Assembly (NCBI GenBank): GCA_963718995.1
Contig: CAVRAP010000008.1
Coordinates: 1,236 to 65,235, forward strand
Source of the DNA: an uncultured Actinomycetota bacterium
GTDB taxonomy: Bacteria; Actinomycetota; Acidimicrobiia; Spongiisociales; UBA4744
Direction of reading: 5' to 3'
DNA length: 64,000 bases
Shown here: positions 29,738 through 39,375 of the stretch, piece after piece
How positions within the stretch are numbered: position 1 is the stretch's first letter
How the letters are laid out: each line of letters starts with the position of its first letter
Program-made: the position numbers and the translations under genes
Notes under the pieces: model-generated
The model's input: only the letters and a program-made list of their open reading frames with translations
What the model was told of the DNA's origin: nothing
The model's database searches: none

Positions 29738-30298
29738 ATGAGAGTCCTCGTTCTCGACAATTACGACTCCTTCACCTTCAACCTGGTCCAATACTTGGGC
29801 GAGCTGGGAGCCGAGCCGCTCGTGGTTCGGAACGACGCGCTGGCACCGGCTGAGGCGCAGCTACTCAAACCTGATCGTCTGGTGGTCTCTCCGGGACCTG
29901 GCCGGCCGGAAGATGCCGGTTATTCGATCGAGTACATCAAGGAGCTTGGGCCAACCGTCCCCACTCTGGGAGTGTGCCTCGGCCATCAGGCGATCGTCGT
30001 CGCCTACGGGGGAGCGGTCGACCGGGCCCCGGAAATCCGTCATGGCAAGACTTCGGAGATCACGCACGACGGGCTAGGTGTGTTTGCGGGGCTCAGCAAC
30101 CCATTCACGGCGACTCGCTATCACTCGTTGGCGACCACCCTCGTTCCCGATGAGCTGGAGGAGTGCGCATGGAGCGAGGAGGGGGTTGTACAAGGAGTCC
30201 GCCACCGGGAGCATCCGGTGGCAGGCGTCCAGTTCCACCCCGAGAGCATCCTCACTGTGGAGGGGAAAGCTCTGCTCGCGAACTTCCTCTCCGGATAG
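29738..30298 (+). CDS. trpG: anthranilate / aminodeoxychorismate synthase glutamine amidotransferase component
   Basis: Class I GATase triad context (GVCLGHQ...HPE); 186 aa; same position as mycobacterial Rv0013. Confidence 0.85.
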   Translation: MRVLVLDNYDSFTFNLVQYLGELGAEPLVVRNDALAPAEAQLLKPDRLVVSPGPGRPEDAGYSIEYIKELGPTVPTLGVCLGHQAIVVAYGGAVDRAPEIRHGKTSEITHDGLGVFAGLSNPFTATRYHSLATTLVPDELEECAWSEEGVVQGVRHREHPVAGVQFHPESILTVEGKALLANFLSG

Positions 30299-31138
30299 TC
30301 AGGAGCCGGGCAGCCGGAAGGATCCGGATTCAGTCTCCTCAATCATTCGGTCCTCCACAAGTGTTTTGAGAGCGGTATTCAGGCGTTGGCGATCCAGACC
30401 GGTTTCCCTGGATATCCGGGTCAGCGTTGCCGGGCCCCGCTGGACGAGGTGACGGATGATCGCTCCCCGGCTTTCCCGGTTGGAGCCCCGGAATCGGCCC
30501 TGGGGGGGCGGGGCCACGTAGGTTGTGGGTCCGGCACACCACCGCGCGACGGGACAATCGCCGCACAGGGGTTCGGTGGGTCGGCAGAGCCCGGCACCCA
30601 GATCCATAACGGCCTGATTCCAATCTGCTGCTCGACCCTCCGGCAGTTCGTTTCGGGCCGTCTCGGTCAACGAGCTTCCGCTCAAGGGCCGTCCATACCA
30701 GCGACTCACCACGCGCCGCACGTTGGTGTCTACAGCTGGTATCTGTTCCCCGAAGGCGAAACACGCCACGGCAGCCGCCGTATACGGGCCGATCCCCGGC
30801 AGCGCCTGCAAGCCGGCCGTGTCGGTTGACCATCCCCCGGCGGCGATGCGCCCGGCTGCTTCCTGCAGCCGCAGAGCGCGGCGGTTGTAGCCGAGGCCCG
30901 ACCACAGGGCGAGGATCTCGCCAACCGTTGCCTCGGTGAGGGCCACCGGTGTTGGAAACCGGGCTATGAAGCGCTCGAAATAAGGCACAACGCGTCCGGC
31001 CTGAGTTTGCTGCAGCATCACTTCGCTGACCAGCACGGGCCAGGGTTCGCGGTTCGCCCGCCAGGGAAGTTCCCGCCGGTGGTCTCGGTACCACTCAAGG
31101 AGCGCGAGAGCCCTTCGGTCGCGGTCCGGGACGTTCAA
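30299..31138 (-). CDS. HhH-GPD base-excision DNA glycosylase (MutY/Nth-like) with a 4Fe-4S cluster loop and a C-terminal winged-helix domain
   Basis: HhH motif (LQALPGIGPYTAAAV), CRPTEPLCGDCPVARWC cluster ligands, C-terminal wHTH. Confidence 0.7.
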   Translation of the reverse strand: MNVPDRDRRALALLEWYRDHRRELPWRANREPWPVLVSEVMLQQTQAGRVVPYFERFIARFPTPVALTEATVGEILALWSGLGYNRRALRLQEAAGRIAAGGWSTDTAGLQALPGIGPYTAAAVACFAFGEQIPAVDTNVRRVVSRWYGRPLSGSSLTETARNELPEGRAADWNQAVMDLGAGLCRPTEPLCGDCPVARWCAGPTTYVAPPPQGRFRGSNRESRGAIIRHLVQRGPATLTRISRETGLDRQRLNTALKTLVEDRMIEETESGSFRLPGS

Positions 31139-31142
31139 GTTC

Positions 31143-33056
31143 CTAAGGGGCGGCGGTCGTGGTGGTCGTTGCCTGGGTTGTTGTGGTCACGGGTGCCCTC
31201 CCGAGCGTGATCGAGATCGTGCTGCCCGGCTCTACCTTTGCTCCGGCTGCGGGCAGTTGCTCGGCGACCAATCCGTCCTTGTCGGGCGCCACCTCAATCT
31301 TGGTCGCGTTGACCCTCAGAACAAGGCCGAGTGCTTGCAGAGCGGACCGCGCCTGGTCTTCCGTTGATCCGATGAGGTTGGGCACATCGACCGGTTCCGG
31401 GCCTTTCGAGACGTATACCGTAATCCGGTCGGCCTTGTTGACCGTAGCCCCGGCCGCCGGATCGGTTCTGATCACAAAACCTTTGAGAACCTCTGATGAG
31501 AACTCGGTATCGAATACAACCGTGAGGCCCAGATTGCCGAGAATGAATCCGACATCGCCCTCCGACCGGCCGGTCAGATCGTTGGGAACCGGGAATTCTT
31601 CGAGACCCGTGGAGACGACCAGATCGATAGCAGTGCCGGGGGCGGCATCCTCCCCGGCGGGCGGGTTCTGGGAGATCACTTGCCCCGCGGGTATCGCATC
31701 GTCGGGAATCTGCTCCACGGTACCCAGGACGAACTCGGCCTTCTCGATGAGCTCGGTCGCCCGGATCAAGTCCTGTCCGACCACGGGAGGAACCGGGAAG
31801 GCTTCCGCTCCGAGCGAAACGTAGACGATGATGAACGATCCGTCCTCGGCCTCCTCGCCGGCGGCGGGTTTGGTACCGATGACCCGGCCTTCCTCGACGG
31901 TTTCGCTGGCGTTGGGTTCGGGGATCACATTGAAACCCAGTTGCTGCAACTCCAACAACGCTTCAGCCTGAGTCATACCGGCCACATCAGGAATCAAGAT
32001 GAGGGTTTGGTCGGGTGTCCCGGGCGCCAAAGCCCTGAGGAGCAGGAAGATGCCAACAGCCAACGCAATCACCAGGGCGAACGTGGTGATGATGAAGGGC
32101 AGTTGGCTGCTGTTGGGCTCGGTAGGGGCCACCTGGCGGTAGATCTCGTCGGGGGTGGCGGTGGCTGGCGGGATGGGCGCTGCTTGGATCAGGCGCGTTG
32201 GTGCCTCGGCTGATGGGACCGCAGCAGGGGTCTCGCCGCGTAGGAAGAGCAGGAGCGCCTGGCGCATATCGTCGGCCGTCTGATAGCGAGCGTCGGGGTT
32301 CTTGTCGATGGCCCGCATCACAATTGCGTCTAGCTCGGGGGGCACATCCGGGTTGTCTATGGACGGTTGAGCAGCCAGCGACGAAACGTGTTGATAGGCG
32401 ACGGCCACCGGACTATCGCCCGAGAAGGGGGGCCGTCCGGTGAGCATCTCATACATGACCACACCGAGGGCGTAGATATCCGAGCGTTCGTCGGCGGGGG
32501 TTCCCTGCGCCTGTTCCGGGCTGAAGTACGTGGCCGTTCCGATGACGGCGCCGGTCTTGGTCAGCTCGGAAGAGTCGTCCCAGGCCCGTGCGATTCCGAA
32601 GTCGGTTACCTTCACCGTCCCATCCGAAGTCAGGAGCATGTTTCCGGGCTTGATATCACGGTGGACGAGACCGGAGCGGTGGGCCACACTCAACGCAGCC
32701 GCCACTTCAGCACTGATTTCGACGGCGCGACGCGGGAGAAGCGGGCCTTCGGCCCGCAGCACATCTCGCAGAGATCTGCCCTCGATCAGTTCCATCACGA
32801 TGAAGTAGGTCGATCCTTCCTGTCCCCAGTCGTAGATGCCGACGATGTTGGGATGGCTGAGGTTGGCGGCGGCCTGGGCCTCCCGCCGGAATCGTTTGAC
32901 GAAGGCTTCGTCGGAACTGAATTGTGAGTGGAGTACTTTGACCGCAACCCGGCGGCCCAGCAACGTGTCACGGGCCTCATAGACGTCGGCCATACCACCG
33001 CGAGCGATATGCCCGAGCAGTTCGTAGCGGTCGGCGAGCGTGCGGGAAGGTTCCAT
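31143..33056 (-). CDS. pknB: serine/threonine protein kinase PknB with C-terminal PASTA repeats
   Basis: GGMADVYEA glycine loop, VAVK, HRDIKPGNMLL, DFG, APE motifs; TM; PASTA repeats; start could also be the upstream ATG at 33086. Confidence 0.9.
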   Translation of the reverse strand: MEPSRTLADRYELLGHIARGGMADVYEARDTLLGRRVAVKVLHSQFSSDEAFVKRFRREAQAAANLSHPNIVGIYDWGQEGSTYFIVMELIEGRSLRDVLRAEGPLLPRRAVEISAEVAAALSVAHRSGLVHRDIKPGNMLLTSDGTVKVTDFGIARAWDDSSELTKTGAVIGTATYFSPEQAQGTPADERSDIYALGVVMYEMLTGRPPFSGDSPVAVAYQHVSSLAAQPSIDNPDVPPELDAIVMRAIDKNPDARYQTADDMRQALLLFLRGETPAAVPSAEAPTRLIQAAPIPPATATPDEIYRQVAPTEPNSSQLPFIITTFALVIALAVGIFLLLRALAPGTPDQTLILIPDVAGMTQAEALLELQQLGFNVIPEPNASETVEEGRVIGTKPAAGEEAEDGSFIIVYVSLGAEAFPVPPVVGQDLIRATELIEKAEFVLGTVEQIPDDAIPAGQVISQNPPAGEDAAPGTAIDLVVSTGLEEFPVPNDLTGRSEGDVGFILGNLGLTVVFDTEFSSEVLKGFVIRTDPAAGATVNKADRITVYVSKGPEPVDVPNLIGSTEDQARSALQALGLVLRVNATKIEVAPDKDGLVAEQLPAAGAKVEPGSTISITLGRAPVTTTTQATTTTTAAP

Positions 33057-33078
33057 CGGCTGAGATTGTAGAGGGGGT

Positions 33079-34539
33079 TTATCCATTCGTTTGAACCCAG
33101 TAGGCAAGAATCTCTTGGGCGATGGGCGCTGCCACCGATCCACCCGTCGCGTTTTCACCCGCTTCGCCTCCCGATTCGACGAGGACGGCGAGCGCAATCG
33201 TTGGTTGTTCAACCGGGGCGAACCCGATGAACCACACGTGGGGAGGACCAATTCCGGTTTCAGCAGTACCGGTCTTTCCCGCTACTCGAACGCCGGGGAC
33301 GGTCGCCCGGGTTCCCGTTCCCGACGCGACGACTCGCTCCATCAAGTCCGAGATGATGGCGGCAGTAGATGGCGACACGGCTCGTTGCAGCAGGGCCGGT
33401 TGGTTCTCGGTGAGTACGGCGCCCTCAACATCGAAGATGCGGGAGACCAGTCTCGGTTCCATGATGATGCCGTCGTTGGCGATGGCCGATGCTACGAGGG
33501 CCATCTGGAGGGGTGTGGCCCGTACGTCCCGCTGCCCGATGGCGCTCTGCGCCAGGGCAGGCAGATCGTTGGAGAATGCCGACGGTTGCGGGAAAACGGA
33601 ATTGAGGACCGGAATCTCGAAGGGTGTGTCCTGATTGAATCCGAATGCTTCCGCTTCTGTGGTGAGCGCTTCAGCGCCCAGGAGCAATCCGAGTTCCCCG
33701 AAAACCGTGTTGCACGATCGGCGGAAAGCGGTCTGCAAGCTCACTTCGGGGCCATCGCTGCAAGTTTGTCGGTCGAAGTTTCGGATGACTTCTACGGTGC
33801 CAGGGAGTTCCAACTCGAGTGGATCGGGCAGCAGGGTTTCCGGCCCGGCCGTCCCGGACTCGATGGCGGCCGCCGCGACCACGACCTTGAAAGTCGAACC
33901 CGGTGGGTAGGTGCGATTGGTAGACCGGTTGGCGAGCGGTTCGAGTGGGTCGGCCAGCAGAAGGTCCCTGGCAGGAATGGCGTCCGGGCCTAGGAACACA
34001 TTGGGGTCGAAGGAGGGCCGAGAAACCATGGCCAGAATCTCGCCCGTGTCGGGTCTGATCGCGACCACAGAGCCCCGCTGGTTTCCGAGAGCCTCGTAGG
34101 CGATCCTTTGGAGGTTGTGGTCGATGGTCAACTGGATGCTCTTCGGCCTGAGGTCGCCTCCGAGGAGAGCGCTCAAGAGGTCGGACACCGTCAGGTCTCG
34201 TTTTGACCGAAGGTCGGAGGCGTACACGAGCTCGAGGCCGTCATCGCCGAAGTTCAGCGACGAGAAGCCGATCAGGTGCGCGTACAGCTCCGCTTCGGGG
34301 TAGATCCGGCTGAACCTTTGCGGGTCACCGGGATCGGCTACCGACTGCGCCAGGATCTGCTCATCAGCCGAGAGGATAAGACCGCGCTCCTTCCCGGTGC
34401 GGCTGGCGATGACGCGGGGATTCCGCTCATCATCTCGATAGCGGGGTCCGGCGACGACCTGCAGGTACGTCACGTCGAGGATGAGCACCGCAAAAGCAAC
34501 AAAGAGGACGGCGGCGAGGCGTCGCAACGGTTGGTTCAT
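33079..34539 (-). CDS. pbpA: penicillin-binding protein A (class B transpeptidase)
   Basis: N-terminal TM, STFK active-site motif (PPGSTFKVVVAAAA), SxN and KTGT motifs. Confidence 0.85.
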   Translation of the reverse strand: MNQPLRRLAAVLFVAFAVLILDVTYLQVVAGPRYRDDERNPRVIASRTGKERGLILSADEQILAQSVADPGDPQRFSRIYPEAELYAHLIGFSSLNFGDDGLELVYASDLRSKRDLTVSDLLSALLGGDLRPKSIQLTIDHNLQRIAYEALGNQRGSVVAIRPDTGEILAMVSRPSFDPNVFLGPDAIPARDLLLADPLEPLANRSTNRTYPPGSTFKVVVAAAAIESGTAGPETLLPDPLELELPGTVEVIRNFDRQTCSDGPEVSLQTAFRRSCNTVFGELGLLLGAEALTTEAEAFGFNQDTPFEIPVLNSVFPQPSAFSNDLPALAQSAIGQRDVRATPLQMALVASAIANDGIIMEPRLVSRIFDVEGAVLTENQPALLQRAVSPSTAAIISDLMERVVASGTGTRATVPGVRVAGKTGTAETGIGPPHVWFIGFAPVEQPTIALAVLVESGGEAGENATGGSVAAPIAQEILAYWVQTNG

Positions 34540-35831
34540 GCTCGTTCCTCATGAGAGACTCGGGCCAGGAGTGCCAGGAGGAGGAAATTTGCAACGAGCG
34601 AGGACCCGCCGTAGGACATGAAGGGCAGGGTGATGCCGGTGAGCGGCAACAGGCGCGTTACCCCGCCGATAATGAGGAAGGTTTGCAGACCGAGTACGAA
34701 CGCCAAGCCGCCGGCTAGAAGTTTGCGAAAGGTGTCCCGGGAACGGAGGGAGATCCCGAACCCGACCGCCACGAGCAACGCATAGGTAGCGATCACGGCC
34801 ACACTTCCGGCCAGGCCGAGCTCCTCCCCGACGGCGGCAAAGATGAAGTCCGTTGCCGCATTGGGGATCCGATCCGGGGCGCCCAGCCCCAATCCTGATC
34901 CAGACAGGCTTCCGCTTCCGAATGCAAACAGGCTCTGCGCGATCTGGTAGCCGGTGTCGGCGAAGTCGGCAAACGGGTCCAGCCAGGCACTGACTCGACG
35001 CTGGACGTGGGAGAACGAAAACCAAGCGGCGAAACCTCCTGCTGCGAAGAGGAGTCCGCCGCTGGTCAGATAGACAGCCCGCCCGGTTGATGCGTAGAGC
35101 ATGGCAATGAACAGCGCGAAGAGGAGCAGGGATGCCCCGAGATCCCGTTGGTAGATGAGCACAACAAAGCTGGCCGCCCAGGCGATCACGAGCGGGGTCA
35201 GCTGGCGCATTTCGGGGAGTCGGTAGCGGCGCAGGGGGCGGGTCTGAACGCCAAGCACGGCCTGGCGTTCGCTGAGGTAGGACGCCAGAAACGTGGCCAG
35301 AACCAACTTGGCGATCTCGCCCGGCTGGAACTGCAAACGAAGCGGTCCGGCTTCGAATCGAATCCACAAGCGGGAACCGTTCTGCTCGAAGCCTCGCAAC
35401 GGCAGGGACCAGTCGGTCGGGAGGAGCGGGAGGAGGAGCAACAGCAATCCCGAGAACAGAAATACGTATCGGTAGCGCCGAAGTGGAGCCAATCCGGTAT
35501 TCCGGATGGCCAGCAGAAGCGACACGGCCAGGACGGTTGCAATGAGCAGCCACCACCGTTGCAGGGAGGCAAGTCCCGGGTCGAGTCGGTACACCTCGAC
35601 GAATCCAATGGCGGTGAGGATGGCCGCCAGCGGCAGGAGATACGGGCTGGCTTCGGACGACCACTGTCGAATGGCCAGGTGGAAGCCACCAAACGAAGCG
35701 ATCATCACGATGAACGTGAGGGCAACCTGCGCGTCAAGTCCGGCACCCCTGGCGAGGTTCACGAGGGCAACACCAAAGGCAGCAACGGCTGCCGCGCCGA
35801 CCAGAAGCGCAGCTTCAGCGTTTCTGGTCAC
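34536..35831 (-). CDS. rodA: peptidoglycan glycosyltransferase RodA/FtsW (SEDS family)
   Basis: SEDS fold with about 10 TM helices; GTG at 35831 forms a GTGA overlap with the pstP stop. Confidence 0.85.
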   Translation of the reverse strand: MTRNAEAALLVGAAAVAAFGVALVNLARGAGLDAQVALTFIVMIASFGGFHLAIRQWSSEASPYLLPLAAILTAIGFVEVYRLDPGLASLQRWWLLIATVLAVSLLLAIRNTGLAPLRRYRYVFLFSGLLLLLLPLLPTDWSLPLRGFEQNGSRLWIRFEAGPLRLQFQPGEIAKLVLATFLASYLSERQAVLGVQTRPLRRYRLPEMRQLTPLVIAWAASFVVLIYQRDLGASLLLFALFIAMLYASTGRAVYLTSGGLLFAAGGFAAWFSFSHVQRRVSAWLDPFADFADTGYQIAQSLFAFGSGSLSGSGLGLGAPDRIPNAATDFIFAAVGEELGLAGSVAVIATYALLVAVGFGISLRSRDTFRKLLAGGLAFVLGLQTFLIIGGVTRLLPLTGITLPFMSYGGSSLVANFLLLALLARVSHEERA

Positions 35832-36538
35832 GGACCCACATCGACGATGGCCACCGTGATGTTGTCGTGGCCACCAGCTTGGTTGGCCGCCTCGATCAAC
35901 GTCCACACTGCCTCTTCGGGAGCGCCAAGCCCGAGGGCACCGGTGAGCCGCTGGTGGTCGATCATGTTGGTCAACCCGTCCGAGCAAATCATCAACCGGT
36001 CGCCCTGGCGGGTCCTCGTCTCGAGGAGATCGACCTCGATGTGAGGATAGAGACCGAGCGCCCGGGTGAGCATGCTTCGCTGGGGATGGGTGGCAACGTC
36101 TTCCGGTCGAATGCTGCCTGCTCGCAGGTACTCGGCGACCACCGTGTGGTCACTCGTGAGCTGTTCGAGGATTTCGCTGCGCAAGAGATAGGCCCGGCTG
36201 TCGCCGACATGCGCGACGATGAGTGATCCATCCGGCGAAAGCTCCGCCGCGGTCAGGGTCGTACCCATTCCCCGCAGCTCTGGATTGGCCTGCACCTCCG
36301 CCAGGACCAGGTCATTGGCGGCCGACACGCGGCGAGCGATTGGCTCCTCCTTCCCCGTGGCGATCGCCTCGATGGCAATGCGGCTTGCGACCTCACCCCC
36401 GACGTGGCCACCCATGCCGTCGGCGACGGCTACCACGAGCGGGCCGTCGGTCTTGCCCCCGTTCTTGGGGTAGACAGAGTCTTCGTTGTTATCCCGGATA
36501 CGGCCGCGGTGCGATCCGGTAGCCCATGTGAAGGTCAT
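35828..36538 (-). CDS. pstP: PP2C-family serine/threonine phosphatase (PstP-like, no membrane anchor)
   Basis: PP2C motifs (VAVADGMGGH, HVGDSRAYLL, CSDGL, GGHDNITVAIVDV); 236 aa with no TM segment. Confidence 0.85.
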   Translation of the reverse strand: MTFTWATGSHRGRIRDNNEDSVYPKNGGKTDGPLVVAVADGMGGHVGGEVASRIAIEAIATGKEEPIARRVSAANDLVLAEVQANPELRGMGTTLTAAELSPDGSLIVAHVGDSRAYLLRSEILEQLTSDHTVVAEYLRAGSIRPEDVATHPQRSMLTRALGLYPHIEVDLLETRTRQGDRLMICSDGLTNMIDHQRLTGALGLGAPEEAVWTLIEAANQAGGHDNITVAIVDVGP

Positions 36539-36948
36539 CGGACCTCCATGATGGTCTTGCCAACCTGGATGGCGTCTCCCTGGCTCAAAGCGACCGGCGG
36601 CCCGACCCGCCGCCCGTTGACGTAGGTTCCGTTCGTGCTTCCGAGGTCGTGCAGAACAATGCCGCCGTCCTGTCGTACCAGCCTCATATGGAACTCCGAC
36701 GCATAGGGGTCTTCGAGCACGATATCTGCTTCGGCGCTCCGCCCCAATACGACTGCGTCCCGGACCGCGATATCCAGGCCGGCCTGAGTTTCAGATTTGA
36801 TGATCACTACCTGTTTGCTGGGTCTGCGGCGCCGCGCCGTCTCACTGGTTCCCACGTGTGAGCCAACCGCTCTCGCGACCTGCCAAACGAAGAGGTAGAC
36901 GAAGGCAACAAAGATGAACTTGAGAAGGGTCAGGAGAAGAGCGGGCAT
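36535..36948 (-). CDS. fhaB: FHA-domain protein FhaB (FoxA-like): N-terminal TM helix plus C-terminal FHA
   Basis: TM ALLLTLLKFIFVAFVYLFVW then an FHA domain (VVLGRSAEADIVLEDPYASEFHMRLV...STNGTYVNGRRV). Confidence 0.7.
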   Translation of the reverse strand: MPALLLTLLKFIFVAFVYLFVWQVARAVGSHVGTSETARRRRPSKQVVIIKSETQAGLDIAVRDAVVLGRSAEADIVLEDPYASEFHMRLVRQDGGIVLHDLGSTNGTYVNGRRVGPPVALSQGDAIQVGKTIMEVR

Positions 36949-37006
36949 CAGAGGGTCACGAGGGTCTTGATGGAGAAGGCAGGGCCGACCGAAGCGTCGT
37001 GCATGA

Positions 37007-37666
37007 TCAGTTGTCTCCAAGACGGAAAGCGAAACCGACGGGACCGAACGTGATGATCGAGTCGTCCGAGAGGACGAGGGGAGCATGGGAGGACCGACCG
37101 TCCACCCGGGTGCCATTCGCTGAGTTGAGGTCAAGGGCCCAGGCTTCGCCGCCCTCTCTCCACAGCAAGGCGTGCGTGCGGCTCACCCCGGGATCCACGA
37201 TGGCGATGTCCGAGCTTTCGCCGCGCCCGACGATGCATCGGTTGTAGTGGAGCTCACGCCTCTCGCCGTCCGAAGATGTGAGGTCGGCCCACGATGGGCG
37301 CCGGCCTGGTGATCGATCGGTCCGGCAATCGACTGTGCCCGGCGAAACGGTCTCGGTGGGTTCCAGGGTTACTCGCACGGGTCCGTCCAGTCGCCACCCC
37401 CGGTCGGCCGCGGTTGACTCCAGCATCTTTTCCAGTTCGCTCACGAGCCCGGGAGGAACCGCGAAGTCGAGATCACGTGGATTGACCCGCAGGTTGTACA
37501 CGTTGGCAACCGTTGGCCCGGCGGCGCTGTCCTCGACCGAAAGGTCGGCCTCTCGCACGAGCCGGGTTGCCAGCTCGACAGGTTGCAGCTTTCCCCGGAA
37601 GACTTTGCCCGCCATGCCGTCAACGAGCCTTTCGAGGCGTCTCTCGAAGTCGCGTACGAGCTTCAT
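37007..37666 (-). CDS. fhaA: FHA-domain protein FhaA (N-terminal DUF3662 plus C-terminal FHA)
   Basis: MKLVRDFERRLERLVDG DUF3662 start; C-terminal FHA (IVGRGESSDIAIVDPGVSRTHALL...SANGTRVDG). Confidence 0.75.
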   Translation of the reverse strand: MKLVRDFERRLERLVDGMAGKVFRGKLQPVELATRLVREADLSVEDSAAGPTVANVYNLRVNPRDLDFAVPPGLVSELEKMLESTAADRGWRLDGPVRVTLEPTETVSPGTVDCRTDRSPGRRPSWADLTSSDGERRELHYNRCIVGRGESSDIAIVDPGVSRTHALLWREGGEAWALDLNSANGTRVDGRSSHAPLVLSDDSIITFGPVGFAFRLGDN

Positions 37667-37817
37667 AGGGGTCAGTCTACGGCACGTGCGTCGGCTGATC
37701 GTGGCCCGGTCCACTCGATTGTCGACCGTGGAGCCGCCCATTTTCGGGCGTGGTACGATGCTCCCCCTCACAGATTCTGTGTCTCGTAACGACCGTGTGC
37801 GTGGATCGCAGGATTAG

Positions 37818-37904
37818 GGGCGAGTGGCGGAATTGGCAGACGCGCAGGCTTCAGGTGCCTGTGAGCTCAGGCTCGTGGGGGTTCAAGTCCCCCCTCGCCC
37901 ACCA
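37818..37904 (+). tRNA. tRNA-Leu (anticodon CAG), type II with long variable arm, CCA encoded
   Basis: GGGCGAGTGGCGGAATTGGCAGACGCGCAGGCTTCAGGTGCCTG...GGTTCAAGTCCCCCCTCGCCCACCA; same position after fhaA as mycobacterial leuT. Confidence 0.9.
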
Positions 37905-37905
37905 C

Positions 37906-38916
37906 GTGTATCCCACGTATCCAAACCGTCGGCGCCGGCGCGGCGCGTTGTTAGTGCTGGTGCTCGTGTCGATCGTTGCGGTGGTGATCGTTGCGGCGGG
38001 CAGCCTGCGCTCCGACACGCGCGCCCTCGTTGCCTATCTCGAAGAAGCACGATCGTCGGCTCTCGATCACAGTGAGCGGTCGATCGACTTCACGAACCAG
38101 GTGATTTCGGGCCTGCAGAACCTCGACAGGGACCGGCTTGCTACCTTGATGACGCAGATGGTTGAGACGGCAACGGCAGTTACTGCCCGGCTGGATTCGA
38201 TCGAAGTCCCACCCGCGGCCGCCGGCTCCGCAGCTGCGCTGACTCTGGCTACTTCGTCCTGGGAGACGGGGTTGACTGAATTCGAGGGGGCCTTGCTGGA
38301 CGCAGTGGACGATCCCGAGAATGGCGTGGTGGTCGGGCGACTTGCGGAGGTGTTGGTCGATCTGGAGGTCGGCGACCGCGCCTATGCGCGCTTCGTAGCG
38401 GAAGCGGACAGGCTCCGCAGCGAGGCAGACGTTGAGATCGGCCAGTTCCCCGACGTCGGCTATGTGTCGGTGGCCCTTTCGTCATTGACCTATGCCGAAC
38501 GGTTGGCGGGAGTCGCGTCTCGCTCAGAGGGTTTGGTGCTGAGCCGGGATCTGGCGATAGCCACGGTCCGGTTGGATCCCGAGGAGACCGGTGGGGTAAC
38601 CGATGGAGCTCCCATTATCCCGAACACGGATACCTTGCTCATCCAGGTCGTCGTGGTGAATCAGGGCAATCGCGACGAGCAGGGCTTGACGGTCTCGCTG
38701 CTCATGCAGGACCAGGCAGGTGTCACGCTCGAGGACCGATCTGAGGAACTAGCCGAATTGAAGGCGGGGGGAAGCGTCACCATCGAGTTTGACCAATTGG
38801 CGGTGACGGCCGGCGAGAAGCTCACTGCGGTGATCAGCGTCACGCTCGTGAGCGGAGAATCGGACACAGACAACAACCGTCGCGAAGTCCCGTTCTTCGT
38901 TAATGAGCCGGCATGA
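37906..38916 (+). CDS. membrane-anchored hypothetical protein (basic N-terminus, one TM, ~300-aa extracytoplasmic domain)
   Basis: GTG just after the tRNA; NRRRRRGALLVLVLVSIVAVVIVAAG anchor; the track ORF start at 37750 overlaps tRNA-Leu and is rejected. Confidence 0.5.
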   Translation: MYPTYPNRRRRRGALLVLVLVSIVAVVIVAAGSLRSDTRALVAYLEEARSSALDHSERSIDFTNQVISGLQNLDRDRLATLMTQMVETATAVTARLDSIEVPPAAAGSAAALTLATSSWETGLTEFEGALLDAVDDPENGVVVGRLAEVLVDLEVGDRAYARFVAEADRLRSEADVEIGQFPDVGYVSVALSSLTYAERLAGVASRSEGLVLSRDLAIATVRLDPEETGGVTDGAPIIPNTDTLLIQVVVVNQGNRDEQGLTVSLLMQDQAGVTLEDRSEELAELKAGGSVTIEFDQLAVTAGEKLTAVISVTLVSGESDTDNNRREVPFFVNEPA

Positions 38917-39362
38917 ACACGGGCCTGTGGATTCTGGCGGGGGTGTTGACGATCGCCGTTGCCTGGTTGGCCTGGGAAGTCGTCAATCTGAAACAAGCTA
39001 TGTCCGGCGTGCCGATTGGCGACGATGAGCTGTACGACCTCATCCACCGGATCGATAACGAATTGGGGCTCCATTCCGCGGCGATTGCCGATCTGCAACA
39101 GCGATTGCTCTACGTCGAACAGCGATCCGTCACGTCCCTCCGACGGACCGGAGTGGTCAGCTACGACGCGTATGACAATGTCGGTGGGGCTCGTTCTCGT
39201 TCGATTGCCTTGTTGGACGACGAAGCCACTGGCCTGGTCGTGAGCGTTCTCGTCTCTCGAACCGAGACATCGTTCTACCTGAAGAGAATCGCGGCCGGGA
39301 CTCCCGAGGAGGCACTTTCGCCGGAGGAGCAGCAGGCAGTCAACAGGGCGTTGCAGCAGTAG
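38913..39362 (+). CDS. DUF4446-family protein
   Basis: N-terminal TM, VVSYDAYDNVGGARSRSIALLDDEATGLVVS core; ATGA overlap with the upstream stop. Confidence 0.6.
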   Translation: MNTGLWILAGVLTIAVAWLAWEVVNLKQAMSGVPIGDDELYDLIHRIDNELGLHSAAIADLQQRLLYVEQRSVTSLRRTGVVSYDAYDNVGGARSRSIALLDDEATGLVVSVLVSRTETSFYLKRIAAGTPEEALSPEEQQAVNRALQQ

Positions 39363-39375
39363 GATCCGAGGCGAC

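Noticed and set aside
34549-35664. 371-aa minus-strand ORF nested in the rodA region
   Set aside because: Out of frame with the SEDS-family gene whose translation has about 10 TM helices; its own translation is Arg/Pro-rich with no domain signal.
37750-37905. Track start (37750) of the 388-aa ORF
   Set aside because: The first 52 codons overlap tRNA-Leu. The gene more plausibly begins at the GTG at 37906 immediately after the tRNA.
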